NCBI GenBank assembly: GCA_041288095.1
Contig: JBGGMJ010000062.1
Span: 1-60,264 of the forward strand
Reading direction: 5' to 3'
From: Myxococcota bacterium
GTDB taxonomy: Bacteria > Myxococcota > XYA12-FULL-58-9 > JALHOP01
DNA: 60,264 bases
In this document: positions 38,688-48,253 of the stretch, piece by piece
How the letters are laid out: the number at the start of each line of letters is the position of its first letter
Numbering within the stretch: position 1 is the stretch's first letter
Position numbers and translations under genes: made by a program
The notes under the pieces: model-generated
Databases searched by the model: none
Told to the model about the DNA's origin: nothing
Seen by the model: the letters and a program-made list of their open reading frames with translations, nothing else

Positions 38688-39920
38688 ATGCAGCGGCTCG
38701 AGCGCTGGATGCCGGCGGCCGTACGCAACGTCATCGAGACATTGGCGGAGCATGGCGCCCGTGCCGTGCTCGTCGGCGGCGGCGTGCGCGACGCGTTTCT
38801 CGGCCGCGCCGCGCCCGACTGGGACGTCGCTACCGATGCCACACCGGAAAGCGTCGCGAGCTTCTTTCGCCGCGTCGCCCGCACCGGCGAGCAACACGGC
38901 ACCATCATGGTCCTGACCGGTGACGTGCCGGTCGAGGTCACGACCTTTCGCGGCGAGGGACCGTATCTCGACGGCCGGCGGCCGAGCCACGTCGTCTTCC
39001 TCACGGAGCTCGAGGCTGACCTCGCCCGCCGCGACCTCACCATCAACGCCATGGCCTACGACGTCGTCCAGCGACGCATCGTCGATCCCTTCGAGGGCCT
39101 CGCCGATTTGCGGGCGGCCCGCGTGCGTTGCGTCGGCAAGGCGGCCGAACGCTTCGCCGAGGACGGCCTGCGTCCACTGCGCGCGGCGCGCTTCGCCGCG
39201 ACGCTCGGCTTCGACGTCGAAGCGGAAACCGCGGCGGCGATGCACAGCGCGCTCGCGACCTTCGAGCGCGTTGCTTGGGAACGCAAACGTGTCGAAATGG
39301 AGAAGCTCTTGGGGCAGGGCGTGCGGCTCGCGACCCCGATCTCCTTGCTCGAGAGCTCCGGCATGCTGGGTGCCATCGCGCCGGAGTTGGTCGGTGTGGC
39401 GGCCGAGGCGGATCGGTTGCTCGAGGTGCCGCGCGATCCGTGGCTGCGCTTCGCGGCTTGGGCCGCTCTCCGAGGTATCGATGCGAGCGTCGCGGGCGCC
39501 ATCGCCACGCGCTGGCGGGCGTCGAAGCAAGACGCGCGTCGCGCCGAACAAGCAGTCGCCGCTTTGATGAGTCTCGACAAAGCAACGCCGCCGTCCGGTG
39601 CCGGCCTGCGTCGCTGGGTCGCGGAGCACGGTTGGTCGGCCGCCAGTGATGCCGGTGAGCTAGCGTGCGTTCTCGCGTCGCCTTCTTACCAGCGATTTCC
39701 AACAGCGCTGCGTCGGCTCGCTGCTGCAAAACCACCACTCGCCGTCGCCGACCTGGCGATCGACGGGACCGATCTCGCGGCTCTCGGCTTCGCCGGTCCG
39801 GCCATCGGCGCGACGCTCAAAAAATTGCTCGCCGTGGTGCTCGAAAACCCTGGACACAATGCCCGGGATACACTCCTCGAGGCGGCCAAAAGGTTGTCCA
39901 CAGCAGATAGCCACATGTAG
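38688..39920 (+). CDS. cca: CCA tRNA nucleotidyltransferase / poly(A) polymerase family protein
   Basis: VGGGVRD, DWDVATD, EVTTFR, DLARRDLTINAM and FAEDGLRPLRAARF motifs. Start uncertain (38625 or 38688). Confidence 0.8.
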   Translation: MQRLERWMPAAVRNVIETLAEHGARAVLVGGGVRDAFLGRAAPDWDVATDATPESVASFFRRVARTGEQHGTIMVLTGDVPVEVTTFRGEGPYLDGRRPSHVVFLTELEADLARRDLTINAMAYDVVQRRIVDPFEGLADLRAARVRCVGKAAERFAEDGLRPLRAARFAATLGFDVEAETAAAMHSALATFERVAWERKRVEMEKLLGQGVRLATPISLLESSGMLGAIAPELVGVAAEADRLLEVPRDPWLRFAAWAALRGIDASVAGAIATRWRASKQDARRAEQAVAALMSLDKATPPSGAGLRRWVAEHGWSAASDAGELACVLASPSYQRFPTALRRLAAAKPPLAVADLAIDGTDLAALGFAGPAIGATLKKLLAVVLENPGHNARDTLLEAAKRLSTADSHM

Positions 39921-40132
39921 ATCCGCGAAATTCGTATGTGACAGCAGCGCGACTTTTGTCCCTTCTTGATCATCCTAACAACTCTTCACAAACGCCGATT
40001 GCGCAGCCTTTTCAGTCCATTAGAAGGATTTCCGAGGCTCACAAAAGACCTCGACGAAAAGGTGTCATATTGTGGGTGCTCGAGGCTTTGAAGTTCCTGG
40101 GGTGTGGAAACCCTGTGAATAACTGTGGATGA
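39894..40132. other. DnaA-box cluster, candidate replication origin
   Basis: TTGTCCACA at 39894, CTCTTCACA at 39982, and tandem TGTGGAAAC (40103), TGTGAATAA (40114) and TGTGGATGA (40124) in a low-GC intergenic region. Confidence 0.65.
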
Positions 40133-40201
40133 CCTGGAGATGTTGCGTGCTCGTGCCGCGCCGCGTTGACAGCAGTATTCCGTGGCCTCTACGGATCTCC
40201 C

Positions 40202-41218
40202 GTGGACACAAGGATTTACCTCGATCACGCGACGCTCTCGCCGCTCCGACCGGAAGCAGCGCAGGCGATTCGTGATGCCGCGACGCTCGGCGGCAACCCG
40301 TCGAGCTTGCACGCCATCGGTCGCGCCGCTCGCCAGTCGATCGACGACGCGGCGCAGATCGTGCGCCAGCTCGTGCGCGCTGGCGACGCGAGTGTCGTGT
40401 TCACCGGCAGCGGTGGCGAGGCCAACGAGCTCGGCGTGCTCGGACTCGCGCGCGCGCAACGCACCAGCCATGGCCGGCGACGGATCCTCATCGGCCCGGA
40501 CGAGAGCGGCGAGGTCATGGCGGCGACCGCGCAGCTTGCGCGCGAGAGCTTCGCCATCGAGGCGCTGGCAGAGGCGCGCCTCGGGGACGACGTGGCTCTC
40601 ATCGTGTTGGCGCTCGACCAAGCGAGCAGCGGTCGCTTGAACGCGAGCGCGCACGTCGCGGTTACCGCCGAGCGGCTCGGCATCCCGCTCCATTGCGACG
40701 CGACCCGCGCGGCCGCGACCATGAGCGTCGACTTCTTGGCGAGCGGCGCGAGCACCCTCTCGCTCGCATCCGAGACCATCGGTGGTCCGGAAGGCGCGGG
40801 CGCGCTCGTGACTCTGAAGGGCTTGGCCCTCACGCCTCTCTGGGACGGCGGCGGCCAAGAAGGTGGCCTGCGCAGCGGCTCGCAAGCCGTGGCCCTCATC
40901 GCCGGGTTCGCCGCGGCCGCGGCGGCTACCTCATCGGCCACGGTCCGACCGATCGATGCAAAGGCGCTCGACATGCTGTGGGCGGCGCTCGACGTCCCGG
41001 TCTTGGGTGGTCCACGCCGGCCCGGCGTTTCCTGCGCCGTCCTGGAGCCCGCGCGCGCCGACCTCTTGATACGCCTCGCCGCCGAGCGCGGGGTCACCCT
41101 GGGGCGGGTGCCTCGTGGGGTCCGCGCGTCGGCCGGCTGGAGCACGACCACGGAAGAGCTCGCGCAAGCCACGATCGCACTTGCCAGCTGCGCGCCAGAT
41201 CTTCAGAAAGCCGCGTGA
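40202..41218 (+). CDS. degenerate cysteine desulfurase (IscS/NifS-like, probably inactive)
   Basis: IYLDHA, GNPSSLH, FTGSGGEAN, HCDA and GGGQEGGLRSGS are retained. The PLP Lys and the SGSAC loop are missing. Confidence 0.75.
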   Translation: MDTRIYLDHATLSPLRPEAAQAIRDAATLGGNPSSLHAIGRAARQSIDDAAQIVRQLVRAGDASVVFTGSGGEANELGVLGLARAQRTSHGRRRILIGPDESGEVMAATAQLARESFAIEALAEARLGDDVALIVLALDQASSGRLNASAHVAVTAERLGIPLHCDATRAAATMSVDFLASGASTLSLASETIGGPEGAGALVTLKGLALTPLWDGGGQEGGLRSGSQAVALIAGFAAAAAATSSATVRPIDAKALDMLWAALDVPVLGGPRRPGVSCAVLEPARADLLIRLAAERGVTLGRVPRGVRASAGWSTTTEELAQATIALASCAPDLQKAA

Positions 41219-41240
41219 GTCGCTGAGGAAGTAACACCCC

Positions 41241-42332
41241 ATGCGTATCGTCGTTGCCATGAGCGGCGGAGTCGATTCGTCGACCGTCGCTGGCCTCTTG
41301 GTCGAGGCAGGGCACGAGGTCATTGGCCTCGCGATGAAGACGCACGCCGAAGCGCCGAAGCACAACCGCGCGTGCTGCACGCCGGACGACATGCGCGATG
41401 CTCGCCGGGTTGCAGACCACCTCGGCATTCCCTTCTACGTTTTGAATTACGCGGAGCTTTTCCGCGAAGTGGTGATCGGGCCGTTCGCCGAGGCGTACAC
41501 CCGCGGGCGCACACCGAATCCCTGCATCGAGTGCAACGACAAGGTGAAGTTCCGGCCGCTGCTCGCACGCGCCAAGCTCCTGGGCGCCGAGAAGCTGGCT
41601 ACCGGTCACTACGCGCGCATCGAGGACGACACCTTTGCTCTGCGCCGCGGCGTCGACCCCAAGAAGGACCAGTCGTATTTCCTCTACCGGCTCGACCGCG
41701 AGCAATTGGGACAGCTCCTGTTCCCGGTCGGCGGCATGCACAAAGACGAGGTGCGTGCCCACGCGGCGCGTCTCGGTCTGCCTGTCGCGGAGAAGCGCGA
41801 GAGCCAGGAAATCTGTTTCGTCGGTGACGGTGGCTACGCCGCGACCGTCGAGACCATCGCGGGACGCGGCGGAGCGGCTGGTCAAATCGTCGATGGCAAC
41901 GGCAAGTCGCTCGGCGTGCATGAAGGCGTGCATCACTTCACCTACGGGCAGCGTCGCGGCTTGCGCATCGCCGCTTCCGAGCCGCTCTACGTGACCGACA
42001 TCGACGCGGCCTCCGGAACCGTGCGCGTCGGCCCGCGTGAGCAGCTCGAGACCGACAGCGTCGTCGTCGAGGGCGTGCGCTGGACGCAAACGCCGCCGCA
42101 CGCAAGCGAGGTCGTGCTCGTGCAGCAGCGCTATCGCGAGTCTCCCAAGGCTTGCCGCGTCGAGCAGCTCGATGCCGGCACGGCGCGTCTGTGGTTCGTC
42201 GACAAGCAGCCCCGTGGCGCCCCCGGTCAGGCCGCGGTCATCTACCGCGACGACGTCGTGCTTGGGGGTGGCAGCATCGCGGCGGCGGCGCGTCCGTCCG
42301 CTGAACCGGACAGGGCTCGGGCCGCCCCGTGA
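41241..42332 (+). CDS. mnmA: tRNA 2-thiouridylase MnmA
   Basis: AMSGGVDS, PNPCIECN, ATGHYA, KDQSYFL, SQEICF and PGQAAV motifs. Confidence 0.95.
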   Translation: MRIVVAMSGGVDSSTVAGLLVEAGHEVIGLAMKTHAEAPKHNRACCTPDDMRDARRVADHLGIPFYVLNYAELFREVVIGPFAEAYTRGRTPNPCIECNDKVKFRPLLARAKLLGAEKLATGHYARIEDDTFALRRGVDPKKDQSYFLYRLDREQLGQLLFPVGGMHKDEVRAHAARLGLPVAEKRESQEICFVGDGGYAATVETIAGRGGAAGQIVDGNGKSLGVHEGVHHFTYGQRRGLRIAASEPLYVTDIDAASGTVRVGPREQLETDSVVVEGVRWTQTPPHASEVVLVQQRYRESPKACRVEQLDAGTARLWFVDKQPRGAPGQAAVIYRDDVVLGGGSIAAAARPSAEPDRARAAP

Positions 42333-43024
42333 GCCTCGCGTTCCCCACCGCCCAAAAGCTCGAAGAGACCCTCGGGTACACCTTCCGCGACCCTGCCTTG
42401 CTGGCGCAGGCGCTGACGCATTCGACCTATGCGAACGAGCATCCGGACGAGGGTCCGCCGAACGAACGTCTGGAGTTTCTCGGCGACGCGGTGATCAACC
42501 TGCTCGCGGGCCGGCTCCTGTTTCTGCGCTTGGCCGACGAATCCGAGGGCGAGCTCACGCGGCGTCGCGCCCAGGTCGTGCGGCGCGAAGCCTTGGCGGA
42601 CATGGCGCAGGGTCTCGAGCTGCCGTCTCACCTGCGTTTGGGACACGGACAGAAGTCGACGGGTGGCGTGACCACCCGTGTGCTCGCCGACGCTTTCGAA
42701 GCGCTGGCGGCGGCTGTCTATCTCGACGGCGGCTACGACGCGGTCGAGAAGATCTTCAGTCGCCTGCTCGCCGATGCCATCGACCAAGCGGTCGGCCCCG
42801 TCGACTTCAAGACCCAGCTCCAAGAGGAGTGTCACAAGGTGGGGAAGCCGGCGCCGATCTACGAGGTCGTGCAAGTCAGCGGTCCGGACCACGCGCGCGA
42901 ATATAGCTGTCGCGTGCTCATCGATGGCGCTTGTTATGGTAGTGGGCGCGCTTCGAGTAAGAAGGTCGCCGAGCAGTCTTGCGCCGAAGAGGCGCTGAAC
43001 GCGCTCAAGGGAGCCGGTACGTGA
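42329..43024 (+). CDS. rnc: ribonuclease III
   Basis: NERLEFLGDA, ADAFEAL and a C-terminal dsRBD. Confidence 0.95.
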   Translation: MSLAFPTAQKLEETLGYTFRDPALLAQALTHSTYANEHPDEGPPNERLEFLGDAVINLLAGRLLFLRLADESEGELTRRRAQVVRREALADMAQGLELPSHLRLGHGQKSTGGVTTRVLADAFEALAAAVYLDGGYDAVEKIFSRLLADAIDQAVGPVDFKTQLQEECHKVGKPAPIYEVVQVSGPDHAREYSCRVLIDGACYGSGRASSKKVAEQSCAEEALNALKGAGT

Positions 43025-43956
43025 GCAAGCGCGTGAAGAAGAGCCACCGAGCCGGTTTCGTCGCGCTCATCGGCCGGCCGAACGTCGGGAAGTCGACGCT
43101 GGTCAATCGCTTGCTCGGGCAGAAGGTCAGCATCGTCACCCCGAAGCCGCAGACGACGCGCACGCGCATCCAGGGGATCCTGACCCTGCCCGAGGCGCAG
43201 ATCATCTTGGTCGATACGCCTGGTCTCGGTGGTGGTCAGGGCGCCTTGAAAGCCGCCATGCAGCGGGTCGCGGGGGACGCCGCCGCGGACTCCGATATCG
43301 CGTTGGTCCTCGTCGAAGTGCGCGGTGACAATCCCGAGATCACCGACGCCGACAAGGCGGTGCTGAAAGAGGCGCGCAAGTCGCGCGGCAGCATCGTGGT
43401 TGCCATCAACAAAGTCGATCTCATCAAGCGCAAGGACATCCTCCTGCCGTGGCTCGCGGCCTTGGGTCAGGAGCTCGGCGAGGTGCCGCTGGTGCCGATT
43501 TCGGCGCGCACAGGTGACGGCCTCGACGTCCTCGTGGCGGAGCTCGTGAAGCTCCTCCCCGAGAGTCCGCAGCTCTTCCCCGAAGACGTGGTGACCGATC
43601 AAGCCGAGCGCGTGCTCGCCGCCGAGCTGGTGCGCGAGCAACTCCTGTTGCGCACCCGCAACGAGGTGCCTCACAGCGCCGCGGTGGTCATCGAGCAATT
43701 CGAAGACGAGCGTGACGCCAAGGGGCAGGGCATGTGCCGCCTCGAGGGGCGCATCTACGTCGAGCGTGAGTCACAGAAGGCCATCGTTGTCGGCAAAGGC
43801 GGACACCAGATCAAAGAGGTCTCGACCGCCGCGCGTAAGGCCATCGAAGAGATGCTCGGTTGCAAGGTCTTCCTGCGTCTGACCGTGCACGTCGACCCCG
43901 ACTGGACTGGAAACCCCAAGGGCGTGCAGCGCCGCATGAGCGATCAAGGCATATGA
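43021..43956 (+). CDS. era: GTPase Era
   Basis: GRPNVGKST, KPQTTR, DTPG, NKVD and a KH domain (SQKAIVVGKGG). Confidence 0.95.
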   Translation: MSKRVKKSHRAGFVALIGRPNVGKSTLVNRLLGQKVSIVTPKPQTTRTRIQGILTLPEAQIILVDTPGLGGGQGALKAAMQRVAGDAAADSDIALVLVEVRGDNPEITDADKAVLKEARKSRGSIVVAINKVDLIKRKDILLPWLAALGQELGEVPLVPISARTGDGLDVLVAELVKLLPESPQLFPEDVVTDQAERVLAAELVREQLLLRTRNEVPHSAAVVIEQFEDERDAKGQGMCRLEGRIYVERESQKAIVVGKGGHQIKEVSTAARKAIEEMLGCKVFLRLTVHVDPDWTGNPKGVQRRMSDQGI

Positions 43957-45371
43957 GCGACATTTCGATTCGAAGGCAGCTCCCGCTCATCGCACTGGTC
44001 GGCCGTCCCAACGTCGGCAAGTCCACGTTGTTCAACCGCTTGGTGCGCAAGCGCATCGCGTTGGTCGACGATCAGCCCGGTGTCACGCGCGACCGGCTCT
44101 TCGGAGAAGTCCGCTTCGACGGAAAAATCGCCCGCATCGCCGATACCGGCGGTCTCGATGCCCAGGCTACCGACACGGTGATGATGGGCGTGCGCGGACA
44201 GACCCGCGCCACCATCGAAGAAGCAGACGTCGTCTTGGTCGTCCTCGATGCCCAGGTGGGCCTGACCGCCGCCGACCGCGAGGTCGTCGACGCGGTACGC
44301 AAGGCAGGCAAGCTCAAGTTCGTCGTCGCCAACAAGATTGATGTCGACGATCACAAGCCGCGCGTCGCCGACTTCGCGGAGCTGGGTGTCGACGGCATCT
44401 TCGGGGTGAGCGCCGAGCATGACCGCGGCACCGAGCCGTTGCTCGAGGCGGTTTTCGCGGTCATCGACGCCCCCAATGAAGAAGCCGTCACCGTCGATCA
44501 GTCCCCGATCGAGGTGGCGCCCGAAGAGGGCGAAGAGGCTTCCCCCGAGCCATCACGCATCGAGTGGAAGGGCGGCCCGATCCGCGTCGCGGTCATCGGC
44601 CGGCCGAACGCCGGCAAGAGCTCGCTGGTGAATCGCTTGCTGGGCGAAGAGCGACTGCTCGCGACCGATGTTCCCGGCACCACGCGCGACGCCATCGACG
44701 TCGCCATCGAGCACGACGGCACCAACTACGTCTTCGTCGACACCGCCGGCATGCGGCGCAAACGCTCGGTCGACGACAAGCTCGAGAAATGGTCGGTGTC
44801 CGCCGCCGTGCGCTCGCTCGACAGCGCCGACATCGCGTTGCTCTTGCTCGACAGCAATTTGGCTCCTAGCGAGCAGGATGCGCGCATCGCGACTCTCGCG
44901 CACGAGCGCGGCAAGGGCTTAGTCATCGTCGCCAACAAGTGGGACGTGGCGAAAGAAGAGGCCTTCAAGAAGGACTTCGACGCCGCGGTCCTCCACGAAA
45001 TGAAGTTCGCGACCTACGCGAGCATCATCAAGGTGTCCGCCAAGACGGGCTGGAAGACGGAGACGATCTTCCCCGCCGTCCTCGAGGCTCAGCGAGAACG
45101 CCATCGCCGCGTCACCACCGGCGAGCTCAACCGTTTCATGAACGACGTGGTCGAGCGCAATCCACCACCGGTCCAGAACAGCCGCCGCCCGCGCATCTAT
45201 TTCGCGTCACAACCGCTGGTGCGACCGCCGACGTTCATCTTCACGGCATCGAAGCCGGAGGACATCCACTTCTCGTATCAACGCTTCCTGCAGAACCAGC
45301 TGCGCGAGCGCTACGGCTTCCACGGAACCCCGGTGTGGCTGAAGTTCCGCAGAACCCGCAAAGAGCGCTAG
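43953..45371 (+). CDS. der: ribosome biogenesis GTPase Der (EngA)
   Basis: Two G domains (GRPNVGKS and GRPNAGKS) and a C-terminal KH-like domain. Confidence 0.95.
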   Translation: MSDISIRRQLPLIALVGRPNVGKSTLFNRLVRKRIALVDDQPGVTRDRLFGEVRFDGKIARIADTGGLDAQATDTVMMGVRGQTRATIEEADVVLVVLDAQVGLTAADREVVDAVRKAGKLKFVVANKIDVDDHKPRVADFAELGVDGIFGVSAEHDRGTEPLLEAVFAVIDAPNEEAVTVDQSPIEVAPEEGEEASPEPSRIEWKGGPIRVAVIGRPNAGKSSLVNRLLGEERLLATDVPGTTRDAIDVAIEHDGTNYVFVDTAGMRRKRSVDDKLEKWSVSAAVRSLDSADIALLLLDSNLAPSEQDARIATLAHERGKGLVIVANKWDVAKEEAFKKDFDAAVLHEMKFATYASIIKVSAKTGWKTETIFPAVLEAQRERHRRVTTGELNRFMNDVVERNPPPVQNSRRPRIYFASQPLVRPPTFIFTASKPEDIHFSYQRFLQNQLRERYGFHGTPVWLKFRRTRKER

Positions 45372-45372
45372 C

Positions 45373-47586
45373 TTACTGGCCGTCCGGCTGATCGACGCCG
45401 TCGTCCTTCTTGCTGCCGAAGAGGCGCGACAAGAAGGAACGCTTTTTCCGGGACGGGGATTCATCATCCTCCGTTGGCTCACCGCCGCCTGTGTCCGCTT
45501 TGGCGGATCTGGGCGCGGCGGGCTCATTGCGTGGTTGGCGTGCCTGGCGAGGCTGGGGTGACGCCGCGCTGGCGCTGCTCGGGGCCGGCGCCGCAGCATC
45601 GCTCGCCATGCTGGCCAGGATCTCGTGCGCCGAAACGACGTTGCTCTCGCGTCCGCCGCGGCCTCGGCGACCGCCGCGCTCAGCGCGTTCGCCACGTTCG
45701 CCACGCTCGCCACGCTCACCACGTCCGCCGCGCTCGCCTCGGCCCTTGCCGCCGCGCTCACGCTTCTGGAACTGCTCGGGGTCGAGGAGCTCGAAGGAGG
45801 GCATATCCCAATCGCGGGCGCTCCCCACCTCTTCGCCGGCATCACCGCCCTTGGCGGCACGCTCGCCGCGCTCGCCACGCGAGGAGCTCGAACGTTCACC
45901 ACGGTCTTCACCGCCACGGCGGCGGCGCTTGCGCTCCTTGGCTTCGCGGCGTTGCTCCGCCAACGACTCCTGACGCTCGGTCTCTTCGCTCGGCAGCACC
46001 AGCTCGAGATCGGAGGGGTCGATGACCTCGTCGTCGTCGTCCGGCGTCAGCTCGTAGCCTTCCGGGAGCTCCGGCGGACCGAAGTCGGGCTCGGTCTCCG
46101 GCAGCACTTCGGCGTTCGGATTGGTCTCGAAGGTGTAATCGGCGTGGCCCGGCATGTGCGCCTTGTCCGGCACGATGTCGACGCGGATCTCGTAGCGCTG
46201 CTCGATCTCTTGCACCGCCGACCACTTCTCGGTGCGCAGAACGTTCGCCGCCTCGCCGTCGAGGAGGACCTTCGCCGATGCGAGGTCGCCGCGCGAGGCG
46301 CGGTCACGTAGCTTACGCAGCACCGCGACGGCGTGCGACTGCGCGTTGAGGACGTGCCCGGTGCCACTGCAGGTGACGCAGGTGCGGAACACCGAAGCGC
46401 CCAGGGCCGAGCGAATGCGCTGACGCGTGAGCTCCAAGGTGCCGTTCGGCGAGATGCGGCCGACTTTGACGCGCGCCTTGTCGAGCTTCAGAGCTTCCTT
46501 GACGGTGCGCTCGACCTGAAGCTGGTGCTTGCGCACGAACATGTCGATGAAGTCGATGACGATGATGCCGCCCAAGTCGCGGAGGCGGAGCTGACGCGCC
46601 ACTTCCTTCGCGGCTTCGACGTTCGTCTGTAGGGCGGTCGCCTCTTGGTCCTTCGATTTCTGCTTGCCGCTGTTGACGTCGATGGCGACGAGCGCTTCGC
46701 ACGGCTCGATGACGATGGAGCCGCCGTTGTTGAGCTCTACCTTGCGAGCGTAGATCTCATCGAGCTGCGGTTCGATGCGGTAGTGATGGAAGATCGGCCG
46801 GCGCTCGACGTAGCGGCTGAGCACGCTGCGCTGCTTCGGCATCACCATGCGCACGTATTCGACGGCCTGGTCGTAAGCGTCGTCGGCGTCGACGATGATC
46901 TCGCTGATGTCGTTCGACCAGTAGTCGCGTAGGGCGCGAATGATGGCGTCCTGCTCCTTCATGATGAGGGCAGGGGCCTTCGCGGCCTTCGCTTCCTTCT
47001 TGATGTTGCCCCAGGTGTGCGCGAGCACCTTCAGGTCGCGGTTGAGCTCGAGCTTGGTGCGGTCGCGTCCGGCGGTGCGGATGATGACGCCCATGTCGTC
47101 GGGGACGTTGAGCTTGGCGGCGGCATCGCGCATGCGGCTGCGCGCCTCGTCGTCGTCGATCTTGCGCGATACACCCGAGCGCGAGCTACCCGGCATGAGC
47201 ACGGTGTAGCGGCCGGCGAGCGAAAGGTACGTCGTGAGGACCGCGCCCTTTTGGCCGACTTCGTCCTTCTCGACCTGCACCAAGATCTCTTGGTTGCGCT
47301 TGAGCAGCTCGTCGATGCGGTAGTGCTTGTCGAGGTCGTGCTTGTTGGAGAGCTTCGGGTCGACGTCGTTCGCCGTCAGAAACCCTTGCTTGTCGGCGCC
47401 GTAGTCGATGAAGGCGGCGTTGAGCGCGGGCTCGACCGCCATCACCACGGCTTTGTAGATGTTGCCCTTGTTCTTCTCGACGCCGCGGGTTTCGATGTCG
47501 AAGTCTTCGAGCAGGCCTTTTTCGTTGACGATGGCAATGCGGACCTCTTCTGGGTCGAGCGCATTGATGATCATTTTACGTGTCAT
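45373..47586 (-). CDS. rne: ribonuclease E/G
   Basis: GNIYKA, AAFIDYG, IDVNSG, LRDLGGIIVIDFIDM, the CVTCSGTG Zn-link and a disordered RGE-rich C-terminus. Confidence 0.93.
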   Translation of the reverse strand: MTRKMIINALDPEEVRIAIVNEKGLLEDFDIETRGVEKNKGNIYKAVVMAVEPALNAAFIDYGADKQGFLTANDVDPKLSNKHDLDKHYRIDELLKRNQEILVQVEKDEVGQKGAVLTTYLSLAGRYTVLMPGSSRSGVSRKIDDDEARSRMRDAAAKLNVPDDMGVIIRTAGRDRTKLELNRDLKVLAHTWGNIKKEAKAAKAPALIMKEQDAIIRALRDYWSNDISEIIVDADDAYDQAVEYVRMVMPKQRSVLSRYVERRPIFHHYRIEPQLDEIYARKVELNNGGSIVIEPCEALVAIDVNSGKQKSKDQEATALQTNVEAAKEVARQLRLRDLGGIIVIDFIDMFVRKHQLQVERTVKEALKLDKARVKVGRISPNGTLELTRQRIRSALGASVFRTCVTCSGTGHVLNAQSHAVAVLRKLRDRASRGDLASAKVLLDGEAANVLRTEKWSAVQEIEQRYEIRVDIVPDKAHMPGHADYTFETNPNAEVLPETEPDFGPPELPEGYELTPDDDDEVIDPSDLELVLPSEETERQESLAEQRREAKERKRRRRGGEDRGERSSSSRGERGERAAKGGDAGEEVGSARDWDMPSFELLDPEQFQKRERGGKGRGERGGRGERGERGERGERAERGGRRGRGGRESNVVSAHEILASMASDAAAPAPSSASAASPQPRQARQPRNEPAAPRSAKADTGGGEPTEDDESPSRKKRSFLSRLFGSKKDDGVDQPDGQ

Positions 47587-48205
47587 TATCGGAGCGTCCC
47601 GGGTCCTCTGATGACCCGTATGAATGTCGTTCGTTTGCGCGAGCTTCGGAGAGGTTCTGCTCTACGCTTGGCGAGCTGGCCCCTATCATGAAGCCAAGCC
47701 GAGCGTTAATCGTCGAGTACGCCGGATTCGTAAAAAGGTCGGTTCCACCGACCGAGTAATAACGAAAGACGATCCCGCCGAATAACCAGCGAGTGATGCG
47801 TACATCAGCGCCGATTCCGAAGAAGAGGTCCCACGTAGGTCCGTAGGTGCCCCCATTCGCGGCCCTCAAGTACACGTTCCCGAAGCCAAGCTCAAGGAAG
47901 GGCGTGAGCCAAAGTACATCGATATCGTAGCGAACGCCGGCTCCAATGGCCCTGGCGGCAAGGGTCGGTTCCCGGTTCGTGAACTCCTTGCGATCGAAGT
48001 TGGCGGTGACCTGGAGGCGCTCGATGAGCCCGATCGAGACGGACCCGCCGCCCCCCAAGGGTGCCCAGTTGGTGACACCGCCCTCGTGGAGGCTTGCGAT
48101 CCCGGGCTCGAGGGCCAAACGCAGGTCAGCGAAACCGGCGTGGGCGGTTGCCGGCAAGATCACCGCCAAGCACGCCAGAAGCACTGATAGGTCTCGACGA
48201 GACAC
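47576..48205 (-). CDS. outer-membrane beta-barrel protein
   Basis: Signal peptide (ATAHA) and amphipathic strands (GVRYDID, TPFLELGFG, GIGADVRI). Overlaps the rne start. Confidence 0.65.
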   Translation of the reverse strand: MSRRDLSVLLACLAVILPATAHAGFADLRLALEPGIASLHEGGVTNWAPLGGGGSVSIGLIERLQVTANFDRKEFTNREPTLAARAIGAGVRYDIDVLWLTPFLELGFGNVYLRAANGGTYGPTWDLFFGIGADVRITRWLFGGIVFRYYSVGGTDLFTNPAYSTINARLGFMIGASSPSVEQNLSEARANERHSYGSSEDPGRSDNDT

Positions 48206-48253
48206 GCCTTGGGAGTATACGAAGCGCCGACATTGGCCTAGCGGAGATTCGTC

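Noticed and set aside
39920-40165. IHF consensus site or small ORFs within the DnaA-box region
   Set aside because: I found no WATCAA-N4-TTR match by eye. The short ORFs there have atypical composition and no RBS.
47586-47593. TCCGATAA at the rne start (minus strand)
   Set aside because: It overlaps the ATG, lies inside the upstream CDS and has no -35 match, so it is likely chance.
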